In this document: one piece after another, positions 1 to 13,249 of the stretch | How the letters are laid out: each line of letters opens with the position of its first letter | Position numbering within the stretch: the stretch's first letter is position 1 | DNA from: Isurus oxyrinchus | Taxonomy: Eukaryota | Direction of reading: 5' to 3' | Assembly (NCBI GenBank): GCA_026770705.1 | Contig: JANJGN010000126.1 | Location: 806,001-870,000 of the forward strand | DNA length: 64,000 nt | The notes under the pieces: model-generated | The model's input: the letters and a program-made list of their open reading frames with translations, nothing else | Told to the model about the DNA's origin: nothing | Database searches by the model: none | Program-made: the position numbers and the translations under genes

Positions 1-274
1 AAACTCACATTTGTGCAAATTATATTCCATCTGACATATTTTCCCCGCTTATTTAACTTCTCCAAACCCCCTTGAGGGAGCAGAAAGGGCGACATATTAG
101 AGGCCTCACCTGCATGGTGGCCGATCACAGGTTAAACAAAGAACAGAAAATGCAGTGCATATTTGCAACTGGCCATTATGATTGGCACAATATGGGAAAT
201 CGCCAGCAAACACAGTTAGCCCTGTAGTACGGCCTGTATAAAACAGAATACCATGTCACCCTTCTTACGACTTT

Positions 275-895
275 TTAAAATTTCATTCATGGAATGTGGA
301 ATTCGCTGTCTGGGCCAGAATTTATTGCCCATCTATAGTTGCCCTTGAGAAGGCGATGGTGAGCTGTCTTGTTGAACCGCTGCAGTCCATGTGGTATAGG
401 TACACCCACAGTGCTTTAATGGAGGGGGTTCCAGGATGCTGACCCATCGACAGTGAAGGAATAGTGAAATACTCCCAAGTCAAGACGGTGAGTGGCCTGG
501 AGAGGAAGTTACAGGTAGTGGTATTCCCATCTATCTGCTGCCCTTATCCATCTAGATGGTAGTGGCCGTGAGTTTGGAAGGTACTGTCGAATGAGCCTTG
601 GTGAAGTTCTGCAGTGCATCTAATAGATGGTACACACTGCTGCTACTGTGCTTTGGTCGTGGAGTGATTGAATGTTGGTGGATGTCGTTCCAATCATGAG
701 GTCTGAGTTGTCTTGGATGGTGTCAAGCTTCTTAAGTGTTGTTGGACCTGCACTCACCCAGGCAAGTGGAGAGTATTCACTCACACTGCCCTGTGCCTCG
801 AAGATGTTTGGCAAGCTTCTTGGGGGGTGGGGTGGAATGGTGGGGGTTGGGGGTGGTCAGAAGGTGAGTTACTCATCTCACGACTCCTAGGCTCT
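275..895 (-). mobile_element. 3' portion of a non-LTR retrotransposon (CR1/L2-like, family A)
   Basis: The same 3' tail (ggccagcatttattgcccat...gcccttgagaagg) recurs near 20620, 30070, 46500, 46790 and 50740; antisense to the sequence that follows the RT remnant at 4.9-6.2 kb. Confidence 0.7.
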
Positions 896-915
896 GACAT
901 GATGTTGTACCCACA

Positions 916-916
<1 letters not shown>

Positions 917-986
<70 letters not shown>

Positions 987-989
987 TAT
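917..989. repeat. (TA)n microsatellite
   Basis: Visible directly, with two G interruptions. Confidence 0.97.
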
Positions 990-2889
990 GGCTAGTGCAG
1001 TTCACGCAACAACCGTGTCCCTTACATCACTGGGCAACTCACAGTCAGATGCAGAACTAAGTGCCTTCAGTCTGATATCAGAAACTATCCTAACCAATGA
1101 GCAGTTCATGTTCTCACACTGAACACGCTGCACCAAACAAATATATCATTAACTTCCCAATCCCTAGGTCTGATTACAGTTGTCAACTGAATCCACGGCA
1201 TCTCACAGGGAATTCACAAAATTCTCCTTCGGTGGTGTGCCTCAGAATTTGACGATTGTGACAGCTACTAAGAAGGGAATATTATAAACTGTGTCTTTTA
1301 CCCAGACCCTGCGAAGAATCAAATCAAATGTTTAACACCTTGGCAGGAAAGGGCATTTATTAGGCTGCGGGGTGGGGGGTGGGGTGGGGGGGGGGGGTTA
1401 AAGTTGTACATACAGCTGAAAGACAAGGAGAGGGAGACTGAAATAGCGGCTGCTGCTGTTCAAGTCCGAGGTCAAGTGTGTTATGGGTCAGCCATTGTGC
1501 AGGATGCTGGTAGAGACTCATTCTGCTTTTCGAGGCGATGCCATTTGTGGAGATATAAGGAACAAATAGTTCCCGGTGTGGGTCTCACTGCTGGAATTCG
1601 ATCCTGGGTAACTAAGAACACTGGGAACAAAGGCATTGAGAGGACACCAGAAGACATCCCATGGAAACGTGAGCCTCTGAAAATATGGGGGCAGTTTGGA
1701 ATTGAATATTCACGGCTGTAGACAGGTTGGTAGCATGGTAATATTCGTTTCGTTGTATTAATCAGTTAATGGCAAAGCAGCTTTGCATTTAGTTACTTGG
1801 ATTAGTTGGCAATTAAGCAGTGCTTAGTAGATGCCTACATTAGCTTGCTTGTCACGGTAAATGGTTTGAAATGTGAAACATTATCACCGGGAAATCCATT
1901 TCATCTTTAAAGATGTTGGTCTCTATCGGGATCTTAACATGAATCTGGTGCTGAACACACTTGCTCACAAAATCGCCTCCCACTTCCCCCCGCCCCCTAT
2001 CCCCGCCCAGACATCGCAGGCGACACACTCCTGGTTAATTCTCTGTCTCTAATTGTTACCAGAGATCAACATGTTTTTTCACCTGCTGATGAAGGTCAGT
2101 GAACCTGATCCAGGCTAAAACCCCATTAACAGCAACAGATTGAAAAGCCAGGCAGAGCAGAAGGGGTCTCCAAAAAACTGCAGGGAAACATTAACACAAA
2201 ACAAAACTCAGACCCACAAATTTGGGACACTGGAAATTGGGTCTTTCCATGTGTGAGACAACTATTCTCTCACCAATAGCCTGCCACCACCCCCCCACCA
2301 CAACCCTCCCCCGCCCACCCCCACCCCCTCCACCCAAGCGAAGTGCACTGTAATAGAACAGTGAATAGTGCACGTTTATTTTATTGAAGGTGCACCACTT
2401 TGCAGAAATCTTCAAATCCACCTAACTGCCTTACCAGCGCCTTGAACTCTAGCCCTAGAGACCACCTTGAGGGGCTTCATGGACAACAATACACAGGCCG
2501 CGAGTTGAGCAAGGCTGAAAGATTACAGATAGTTTGATATATTTCCTTTATATGCTATCATACAAGATGCTTTCACTCGAGCTGCATAATGTTTTATTTG
2601 CAAAACTGTATACTCCACAATAATTGCTGATGGATGTACTGGTGCTGGCATGTAGCGAAACGGTTCCAGAGGTTGTAGTAAAAGGTGTTTGGTGACTTGC
2701 CTAAAATGTACTTTTGGTGCTATGCGGCATGTGAGGGTTTGAAAGAGATTGCGTCAGTGAAAAGGTAGAATCAATGCTCTGCAGGCTGCTTAGTGCTGGG
2801 CCAGCACGGCACTAATTTGGTATCGGTTGCAGGGAAAGAAACAATGGAGTATTTCTCTTATATACTATATACACATAAATATTCTGCAA

Positions 2890-3300
2890 TTCACAACCGT
2901 AGGGCGCCTAAAAATTGTTTGCACCAATAATGCAATTTGGAAATGTGATCACTGTTGAAATATATGTCAGGTTGCTGGGGAATTCCACACTGTAAACTCT
3001 CACAAACAACATTGAGATCATGACCTGGTAATTTGATTTTGTGATGTTGATAGGGTGATAAGTATTGGCAAGGTCACCTGAATAACTCTCTTGCCCTTCT
3101 TCAAAATGGTGTTAGGGCATCTATTCCCTTCAGCGACCATGGGCCATAATTATTGCTTAGGCATCGTATCAGAATGAACGTACCTCCGATAGCACAGTGC
3201 TCCCTTAGTTCTCCTGTGGAGTGACAGACATGGTACTTGTGTTCGTACCCTGGAGTGTGTAGTCTGACTCAAAGGTGAGAGTGCTGTCAGCTGAGTCATG
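2890..3300 (-). mobile_element. Decayed tRNA-derived SINE (SacSINE1/Deu-domain-like)
   Basis: Shares motifs with copies near 11930-12290, 51890-52050 and 60470-60790; family name from recall. Confidence 0.5.
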
Positions 3301-4099
3301 GTAAATACAAACGGATTGGAACACAATGTTCAAAATACAGCATTTGCTCAACATATTGGCGGGCGCAGAGGGTTGACAAGGTATGTCACTGTCAAACACA
3401 GCACTGATATCCCAAATGATATGTTTGTTTCAAATCAACATTACTGGCCTAATGCAAAATATAACGGACGTCTTATTTTTAATGTATGTATCTATACAAC
3501 TATTTATTTATTTTAGACCAGCTACCCAATCCTAGGTTACCTCGGATCCAATGCTCGCTTTACTAGCTAACTCTGCACTGACTCCAGTGTAAGTGGTTCC
3601 TTCCTGAGATGCAGAGAATAAAACCACACTCAGTATTCCAAATGCAGACTCACAAACTCCTGTTTTCCATTCTTACAATCAAAGTCACATATCTGCGCAT
3701 TTGCCAATTTGTACCCACTGACTCAACCTCTCCCAATCTCTTTGCAGTCTCTCCACATCCTCATCGCAACCTGCATTTCCACCAAATATTCTATCTTCTG
3801 AAAAATTCATTACGTTATTCCATGTCACTGTCTAAGCCATGAAAATGAAGAGTCATAGTTGAGGCCACAGGACCTGTCTTTGCGGGTGCCAAAAAGTCAC
3901 AAGCGGCCAACCTGGAAGTCTTCATATAAAGCAGCACTTTTCTAGCTGTCTGTAACCACACCTCCATTCATGCTAAAATATTACTACTAAGCGAGTGAAC
4001 CCTTTTACAGTCTGTTATTATTTTGCATGGAACCTTAAAAAAACACATTTAGGAAATCCAGATAAATTGCCTTAAATGTTTTCAGATTTAGTTACCTAT

Positions 4100-4655
4100 T
4101 AGTTACCTTGGTCTCCTTATGTAAGGAAAAATATGAATGCACTTTTTCAGAGAATGTTTACTAGATGTTTAACAAGAAAGAGCGGGTTGCCTTCTGAGTA
4201 AAGGCTTAATGGGCGAGGCTTCTGTCCGCTGTAGTTTAAAAGGTTAAGTGGTGACTTGATTGAAACATGTAAAACCCTGAGGGGCCTTGGCAGGGAGGAT
4301 GTGGAAAGGATGGCTAATTCTGTGGGGGAATCAAGATCTCAGATAACTGTTGCAAAATAAGGGGTCACCTATTTAGGACAGTGATGAGGAAAAACTTGAT
4401 TTTTCTCCCAGGCAGCTAGTCAGACTTTGGAATTCTTTTCCTCAAAAGGTGATTGAGGCAGAGTCCTGGGATACCTTTCAGGTAGAAGTAAATATTTCCT
4501 TGATACGCAACGGCGTGAAACGTTACCAGGTGTAGCCTGGAATGTGAAGTTGAAGTTAAAACTAGATCAGCCACGAACTTATTGAATGGTGCAGCATACT
4601 CCAAGGGCCGAGTAGCCTACGGCTGCTCCTAATTCGCATGTTCGTATGCATGTAT
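4100..4655 (+). mobile_element. CR1-type LINE 3' end (family B)
   Basis: Homologous to the 3' end of the 54.7-56.4 kb CR1 (tggaattc...; gggccga..gcctac..ctgctcct followed by short tandem repeats). Confidence 0.7.
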
Positions 4656-4879
4656 GCTTACTCAAACATTTCCAATAACATTATAGAACATGATTGCTCT
4701 TTTATAAATTCATGTTTTACCTGCGTGATCAGACAATGAGTTTACAAGTACAATGTTTCAATTCCAGCATTGGGCCAACTGCTGATTCAGGCTAACTGGC
4801 AGTTTATCTCTGGTTTCTCTCTCTTTCCTTTCTGAAAAGCTGTGTTACATTTCCAAATGCTCATTGTGCCGAGCCCACT

Positions 4880-6250
4880 TCAGAAACTATGGGATGATGG
4901 GGGAGACCAGCACATCACGGAAAAAGACACGGTTGAATTATTTGCAAGCATCTTCATCCAGAGGTGCCAACCGGATAATTCATTTAGGCCTCCTCCTGAG
5001 GTCCCCGGAATCACAGATGCCAATTTGATCCAATGTCAAGAAATGACTGAAGGCGCTGGATACGGAAAAGGCTTTGACGCCCTGAAAACATTCCGGCAAA
5101 AAAAAATGATTGTAAAGCATAAATTGCAACCTGCTCAACTTGTTGCGCCCCAAGCCAAGCTTTTCAGTTGCAGCTGCAACATAGGCTTCTACCGGCAATG
5201 TGGAAAAGTGCCCAGGTATGCCCTGTCCACAAAAAGAAACAGGGTGAACCCAATCCGGTCAGTAATGACCCAAATATTCTGTGCTCGATCAACAGCAGCC
5301 TGAAGGAAGGTATCTTTGACACTGATATTAAGCAACTCATAGCCTGCAATAACCTGCCAAATGAAGTTCTGCCTGGATTCCACTCTGCTCCTGACCTTAC
5401 CTTAATCTGGCTTTCAACATGTACAAAACCTGAACTCACGGGAGAAGGTTCTGTCACTGCCCTTCACATCAAGGCAGTAGTTTACACATGAGTGACATCA
5501 CGGAGCAGCTGAACAAAGTGTGGAATTAAGGAGCAGTTGCAAAACAATAATTCAATCGGAATCAAGCACTCTGCTTGGAGCAATTGCTAGAAATAGCTAG
5601 CAGAACGGCTGCTGGGAACCAAATCAATGAAGATCTCGAAAAAGGGACAATCTTACCATATAGCCTTGCCAATCAATGTCATTCCCATAGCTGAATTACA
5701 TCAGGTTTAATATCCCTGGGTTTACCATTGATCTGAAACTCAACTGCACCAGCTTTATAAATACTTTGGCTACAAGAGCAGGTCATGGACTGGGAACATT
5801 GTAGCGAATAATTCAGTTTCTTACTCTCCAAAGCCTGACAAGTTTCTACAAAAGAGCAAGTCAAGACTATGATGCATTGTTCTACATTTACCTGGATGAT
5901 TGTGGCTGCAGCAACTTTCAAGAAGCTTGGCATCATCCAGCAATTTAAGCGTTCACTCCCTCCAGGGTCGATGCAGAGGTACAGCAGTGTGTATCATTTC
6001 CAAGATGTACTGCACCTCCTTCTATATGCTCCGTTGAAACCTTCCAACCCTATGATGACCCCGAATGAAAAGGGCAAGATAAACAAACGCATGGGTATGG
6101 CATCACTTGCAAATTGCCCTCAAAGCCACACACCTTCCTGACTTTGATCAATATCACCGTCCTTTAGCTGCCACGTGATCAAAATCCGACAGCTCCCTCC
6201 CCAACAGCACCTTGGCTGTAGCTTCACCATATAGACTGCAGCGGGTCTTA
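4880..6250 (+). mobile_element. Degenerate LINE ORF2 (reverse transcriptase) remnant, family A
   Basis: Fragments LFASIF, WKSAQVCPVHKK..NP, GF.HSAPDL and TALHIKAV resemble non-LTR RT domains; many frameshifts and stops. Confidence 0.7.
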
Positions 6251-6765
6251 TCATTGCCACAGAGGGAGTGCAACGGAGACTCATTCAACTACTTCACGGG
6301 ATGGAGGGATTGTCCAGTGAGAAAAAATTAAATAGACAAGGCCGTTATTCTCTGGAGTTCAGAAGAATGACAGGTGATCACATGCAAAGGTGCAAAATTT
6401 TCACACGGCTTCACAGAGTAGATGCAGGCAGGATGTTTCGCTTGGCCAGTGTGTCGAGCACCAGGGAACACAGACTCTGAATGGAGCGCCGACCAATGAG
6501 GCATGAGATAAGGAGGGATTCCTTCAGCCGGAGGGCTGTGACTCTTTGTAAGTCTTTGCCCGAGAGGTCTGTGGTGCGCAGTCGCTTATTATGTGCAAGA
6601 CTGATGTCGATAGATTTCGACACATTAAAAAACATTAAGGGACACAGGTATAATGCAGAAAAATCTTTTTTCAAGTAGAAGATCAGCACGAACAAATTGA
6701 ACAGAGGAGCGGGGTCGGACTGCTGAACAGCCTAAGCCTGCTCTAATTTCTATTGATCTTACGTT
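6250..6765 (+). mobile_element. CR1-type LINE 3' end (family B)
   Basis: QRRLIQLLHGMEGLSSEKKLNRQGRYSLEFRRMTGD matches the CR1 ORF2 C-terminus. Confidence 0.8.
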
Positions 6766-9294
6766 GAAGAAGGGCACTCGGCCTACGCTTTTTCAGTGAA
6801 AATTAGGCATGGGAAAAAAATCTGACATTTCCATCGACACCACATCACATAAAAGGAGAAAATAATACTTAGAACTATGGGGTCATAGTCTCAAAGAAAC
6901 TATTGATCCTGTTAGTCCTGAGAGGATGGGTTTGAGACTCTTTGGAATTCGTTGCTGCATAGAGTTGTGAATGCTCAAATGTTGAATCTAATCAAGGCAA
7001 ATGTCGATAGACATTTGGATGCTGCGGGGATCGGGACATGAGGTACTGAACGACGTTGGACCAGAGATGAAATATCAGCCAAGAGCTTTCGTAATGGCAG
7101 ACCTGGCTCAAAAGGCCAAATAGCCTATTACAGTTCAGATTTCTAACTGCTTGAAGGTTCTTATGAGCGACCACAATGAGTGGACAGAATGGGAGACAAG
7201 CCTTTTCGGAGACGAGGGGGATAGGGTAAAAATGTAAATGTAAAATAAAACGCTGAGCCCAGCCAGAAATTGCAACTCTGGGAAAGGGACGCCAGCCAGT
7301 GAATGCAGAACTGTATTCAGTGAGAGACAATAGTTTGATGGAGGAGAGGGAAAGGAGCCAGGGGCTGTAAGTAAAAAAAACCATAAATACTTCGCAAAAT
7401 CGAAGATGAAGCAAAAGTCTGAGCATCCACAGACAAAAAGAGGAAGAAAAACCAGCCCGTCCTCTCCCATTTCGATAATTCAAATGTTCACGAAATTAGC
7501 AGTTATAACGTTCTGTGAAGGCCATGTTACCCTCCACACTGAAGGCTTAACCAAATGCATGAAGCCAACAAGAATATGCAAATTCAGGGAGGGGACGGGA
7601 GGAAACGGACAGAGTGTAGATCTGAATAAAGACAAACTTTGAGTCTGAGGGCCAGGTGATCCCGTGAGGAAGGACATGAACCCAACCAGAATCAGCACAT
7701 TCATGGAGGAGGGGGAACGGAACCAATGATTGTAGAAGTCAATTCAGTCAGATTGAGCAACTTCAGAGGAGCCATAGGTCCTCTCCAGACTGAAACCAAC
7801 TAAAGTTGATTAGTTGCATTGTTTAAGAATGGCTGTGTTAGAATTGGGAGAGAGAATATCTGTCGTGCTACCTGGAGTGAAGAAATTAATAGTAAAGATA
7901 AAATATTGGTTTATATTTCGGAGTAGTGTGATTCGAGACTCGATGGGACGGGTACTAAAAGCTACTGTGGGATAAGAAACGAAAGAATGATCAATATAAA
8001 GTAGAATTTCAAATGTGGAAATCATACCCTTTAGTATCCATCATGTTATTTAATCCCTTTCTTTGATGTCTTAGGCAGTACCTCTGGATAGAGGATAAAT
8101 TCCTTCTATTGTGTATTGACGGGTTCTAAGGTGGCCGGTAACCCCAAGGTGTCTTCACAAAATTGTTCCACATTATGTCCAAATACAGCAAGACATGGAA
8201 ATATCCAGGCCTGCGCTGACAAGAGGCAAGTAACATTCGTGCCACACAAATGCCAGAAAATGACCATCTGCAACAAGCGAGAATCTAATCATGGCCTTTT
8301 GATGTTCAATGGCATTACCATCACTGAAAACCCCACTATCAACAACTTGGGGGGCACTCAGGCATTCACCCGTCTTAAATACATTAGTGTTCACAAAGGG
8401 GCTGCAGGAGACAGATTTGGCAGTTGTTGCTGCTTCTAATCACATCCAAGATTGAGCTGTGTCCATTCCAACGGTTGTGACATGCTTCTGTTGATGTTTA
8501 AAACACTGAATAGCCGGGCTCTATTTTAATAGTTCATACCCTGGAAATATATCACATAAAGTAGGAGAGGAAGTGCAATTATTTAAAGGGCTCAATTATA
8601 ACTCGAGTATCTCTGTAAATCCACTGGGAGTTAACTTTCATGTTTGTAACTGGACATGGTTTTGGGGTTACTGTGGCTAATTACCAGGTGAAAAGATGTG
8701 CCATGCAGTACTGCCGGCATCCAGCAGATGGAGGTGTCTCGGCTTTAAATTCTAACATGCGTGTAAGTGCTTGCGAGATCAGGATGGGTCCGTGAAGATC
8801 AGCATCAGAACAAACTTGCCCACTTGTAAATCCGAAACTATCTCCTCCCCTTGTGTAACTCAGCTCAAACACTGGACAAACTGATCCCGCACTGACATCA
8901 CAAACTGCTCCCAACCTGGGGCAATGCAGGATCAGAAAGTGAACGCTGAGGGCCACAACCTGTATTCATAAACTTCCCACTCCCTGAAGAAGCTCAGGGG
9001 AGACACTAAACACACTGCACCTCACAAAGATCCCGCAAACTGCCTCCTCCCTGCGGCAGCACAGTGACCAACACTGAACGCACTGCACCTCACGGAGCCA
9101 CTAAAACATTCTGTCCAACCTGCGCCACCTCAGGGACTGGCACTAAACATGCGGCACCACGGAGTCATCATAAAATCACCACAGACTGAGGAATGTCATG
9201 TTCACAGTGAACCCCACAGGCAGATCAAAAACTGCCTCACCACCTGTCCTGTGCAACATAAAACCAAAATTGCCCCACCTCACTGGTCCATCGT

Positions 9295-9560
9295 CCAGCC
9301 AGTAATGGCTTAGTGGAATTGTCACTGGGCTAGTAATGCAGAGACCCAGGGCGCGAATCATACCACAGCAGATGGCAAATTCAATAAAATACCTTGAATC
9401 AAAAGTCGAATGTTGACCATGAAAATATTTTCGATTGCCATAAAAACATATCCGGTTCACTAAAGCCCTTTAGGGAAGGACTCTTAAAAATAACTTTTGA
9501 ACAAGGGCGGTTAAAGCAATAAATGCTGGCCTAGCCAGCAACACCCGCAAAATAATAAAA
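9295..9560 (+). mobile_element. tRNA-derived SINE with family-A LINE tail
   Basis: A-box-like TGGCTTAGTGG, B-box-like GGCGCGAATC and tail gcaataaatgctggcctagccagc. Related copies near 12300-12660(-), 14180-14480(-), 27710-28075(+) and 51220-51500(-). Confidence 0.65.
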
Positions 9561-11929
9561 ATACACGACCCCTCACAAGTGCTCCTGTCTGTGTGAAGCC
9601 CACTCCCCCACCTCATCGGTACTATTTTTCACATGGTTGCAGCAGAGTGTTCCCATTCACAGACTGAACCACACATTAATGTTCACTTCCTCAGATGTAT
9701 CTCGCCACTGTCACATTCCAATCCACAAACTGCACTGTGACGGATTAATGTACCAAATGCATCCACACTGGCCTACCCCACCGGTCCCTCTCCCAGACAA
9801 AATAACGCTGGCCCACTTCACTAACCCGTGCTCCAGATCACCCTCAACTCACCGGATCCCTGTCTCAGACTGCCCCACCTTACCCAGCTTCAGAATGCGA
9901 TTGAAACCGCCATGTCTCACCTGTGGCCCTCGAAATCAGAAACACTCATCCGCACACAGCAGATCCCTGCCCCAGCCTGAACCGCTAGAAAGACCCCTGT
10001 CACAGGCTGCAGCAAAGACTGCCCATCTCAGCAGCCTCTGTCTTTGAATGGAGCAGATATTTTCACATCACCAGACCCTGACTGGGCCGCACTGTATCTC
10101 CTCCCCAGTCCCTGTCCCAGGATAACACCAATACGCTCCACCTCACCTGTCACTGTCGTTGACTGAATTCGACTTCCTCAAATCACCAATTTCTGTCCTA
10201 GTGTGAACAACACGGCCAAACCTCACGGGCGCCTGCACCAGAATTGAGCAACTAACCTGCCCACAGGCCCGAAAGTAGCATCCACCGCCCAGTTTACCAA
10301 AACGTAAATGCTGTATTGAGGTGCTGGAAAGACGACATTTAATACCCATCCCCGGTTAACACAGCAAAAAGTGGTGCCGAGGGAAGAGGGGGACAATTTA
10401 ATCTGCTGTGCACCAATTCAATAGGATTTAACGTTCAATCGGATAATGTTGACTGGAGACACAAAGAGGAGAACATGAGAAGAGAATGTGCGTTCAGACC
10501 ATGGCAGGGAATTGGATAACCAAGTGAAACCAGCCACAGATGTTTTCTTTTTAATTATTTTACTGATGCAGACCTCCACGCTCCGAGAATTATTGACTTG
10601 ACCTTTTGAAATGTGAGAGATATAATTTGTCCTTACTGCCTGTGAATTATTCTTCTCCAATATTAATGACGTTGACAAAACGGATTCGGTTACAATTTAA
10701 TAGCGTCCTCGTTTTCAAGTGTTAAGTAATTTATTTCACTGCCAGTTAGCCTTTGTAATGAGGTTGTGGCATCACTGTGACAGTGCATTGTGAAGGTGCA
10801 AGTCCGTAGCTTATCAGTTACCATATTACTCCAATTAATGTGGCCCTTTCCCCACCCACTATATTTCAGCTGGTTCTCATTTTTCTTCAAAATGTTGGCT
10901 CAACCAAATTTAAAACCCTGCCTAACATGCATGGTTGCTACCGTGAAATGCAATTCTTCTTCATCACAATGTAAGTGAGCGTTTCATTGAAACCTGCAAT
11001 TCCAAGTCCATCGGTAGACATCTTCCTCCCCGACAATAATATTATATAAATTTCGCATTGTCTTTCCAGGAAATGACAAAATGTTTCCTGAACGTACCAT
11101 TCCCTTACAATGAACACTGGTTGAAACTAATAACCAGTAGAACTCCAGTGTCTAATTGGACACCCATCTCGTTCTGACATTGAGTTTTTGAATGAACCAG
11201 ATACCCCGTAGCAGAACTAACAGAGCGCTGCAGCGCTACATGTCTTTGTGCTAAGTTGTTAAACTAAAGCCTAATTCATTGTGGATATACAATTTCTCAT
11301 GGCTGAAGTTGGAGATTTAAAATCACCACCAAATAGAACATAACGTTTTATTCCTTAGAAATACTACAACATTAATACAAGAGAGATATGTAAATATTTA
11401 TAAACAGACCACATGAAAACATGTGCGTATGGCGAATTCAGTTCGCCATGGAAACAAAACACTAAAATATTATGGAAGGATTTTACAACATCAGCAACAA
11501 CTTTATCCTAAACGTACATTTGATTCGTTCTTCCTGACAGAAGCATCGAAATTACTGAGCAGATCTGCAGATCCAGAGAGCTGGATAATTTTCTTGAATT
11601 TATGGACATTAAAGACGATTTCATTCGAGCTGCACATTTGTTTACGTTGATATGCGAACCTGCAGAATGCACAGTGCGTGCAGATAGACGCAGCGGTGTT
11701 GGCAGAGGGCTATGCAATTCCAATTGTTGGAGAGATGTTATTCAGCCATGTGTCGAGAGCAGAAATGCTAACTGTTGATGGGAAGTGGGATGCGAGGGTT
11801 TGGAACAGAGTATGGCAGTGAGACTCTATAATTTACGTCCTATGGGCCATTTAGTCTTGGGCTGATGGCATATTTAAATGTTCCAGGAGCCTTGGAAAGA
11901 AAAAACAGGAAATATATGCTTGCATTGGC

Positions 11930-12755
11930 AAAGCATTTTTCACGAACACCAGTGGCCTCAATGTTCTCTGCAGGCAATGAAACACTTTTGTAGCGTTATC
12001 GCTGTTGTAATGTTGGAACTGTGACGGCCAATCTGCTCATTGCAAGTGCCAAAAGAAGGCAGTGTAATAATGGCTATGTAGGCTGATTTTAGAGTGTTGA
12101 TTGAGGGACAAATGTGGGTCAGGCCAGCGGGCTGCCATACTCACCTCATCTTCTTTAAAATGGTGCGATGGGTTCATTTAGATTTCCCCGGGATGGCACA
12201 CGAGGCCTCCATTTAATATCACACACCAAATATGGCACCTCGGACAGTATATCCTTTGCTCAGCACTGAAATGGGATGCCAGGCGTTATGAATGTTTTTG
12301 TTATTATTTCACAGGATATGGGTGCTGCCAGAAAGACCATTATTTGTTACTCACCCCTAATTTCTGTTGGACTGCGTCCTTCCTAAGCCATAGTTGCGGC
12401 TGTTTAGCCACATGTAGATTAGGCTGTGAAAAGGTGGCGGATTCTCTTTCCTGAAGGACACTAATGAACCAGATGTATCTTCAGGACAATCGATGATAGT
12501 TTTCCTGTTCACCGTTACTGAGACTAGCTTTCAATTCCAGGTTGTATTAATCTAATTTACATTCCGCCAGCTGCCATAGTGAGATTTCAACCCATATAAT
12601 CAAGAACATTGCCTTGGACGTCTGGGTTACTGGTCCAGTGACATAACCAATATGCCACCATTTTACCGTCAAGACCTGTGCTAGAGACTTGGGTTAGGAC
12701 ATGAAACCGGGACTTGTGACCAAGAGGGAAGAGTGGTTCCAACCGACTCAGGACC
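11930..12755 (-). mobile_element. Nested SINEs (tRNA-SINE at about 12300-12660 inserted in an older SacSINE1-like element)
   Basis: Body (11930-12290) and head (12670-12755) of the older SINE are separated by a second SINE. Confidence 0.5.
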
Positions 12756-13249
12756 TGTGAAGCTTTGGAAAAGTATATGGCAGTACCTGGCCATTCTCAA
12801 CATCTTGCAGGATATGGAGGATTGGCCTTGCATATCACTGTCAAAACACCACTAATGATAGTTACCTATATGCTAATGTTATTTACCTCAAACTCACAAA
12901 TATTGAAGCATATTAAATATACACGGGCGAGTTAGCATCCATTTCCAAATGCTGCAAGGCCAGGAAAATATCCATGCTTGGACTGCCAAGCAACATTCAC
13001 ACCAGACAAGTGTCAGACAATTTCCATCTAGGAAAAGAGATGGTCTCCAACAATTATCTTCCCGTGACATTCAGTGGCATTGAAATCACTGAATTTTCCA
13101 CTATCTACATCCTAGAGGTTACCACTGACCAAAAACTGAAATGAACTAACCATAGATATTGCAGCTACAAGAACAGGTCAGACACTGGAATCCCACGTTA
13201 AGTAACTTACACTCTAAAGACACTCTTTCGAAAAAAAATCACGAGCAAT

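Larger units (their letters stand above)
2083..10380 (-). other. Candidate spliced minus-strand transcript or pseudogene (exons about 10147+, 8685-8915, 8370-8540, 2083-2177)
   Basis: Non-repetitive-looking islands bounded by polypyrimidine-AG and GT signals on the minus strand; no recognised homolog. Confidence 0.22.

Noticed and set aside
713-1060. ORFs with YIYIYI runs
   Set aside because: Translation of the (TA)n microsatellite.
1405-1939. Solo-LTR-like stretch (TG...gggatcttaaCA)
   Set aside because: No target-site duplication or second copy seen; unsupported without a database search.
2086-2110. CTGATGA-AGGT...ACCT hammerhead-like motif
   Set aside because: Followed by GATC rather than the required GAAA.
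10773-10795. CACTGTG heptamer suggesting an orphan D or J
   Set aside because: No nonamer at 12 or 22/23 spacing and no J motif.
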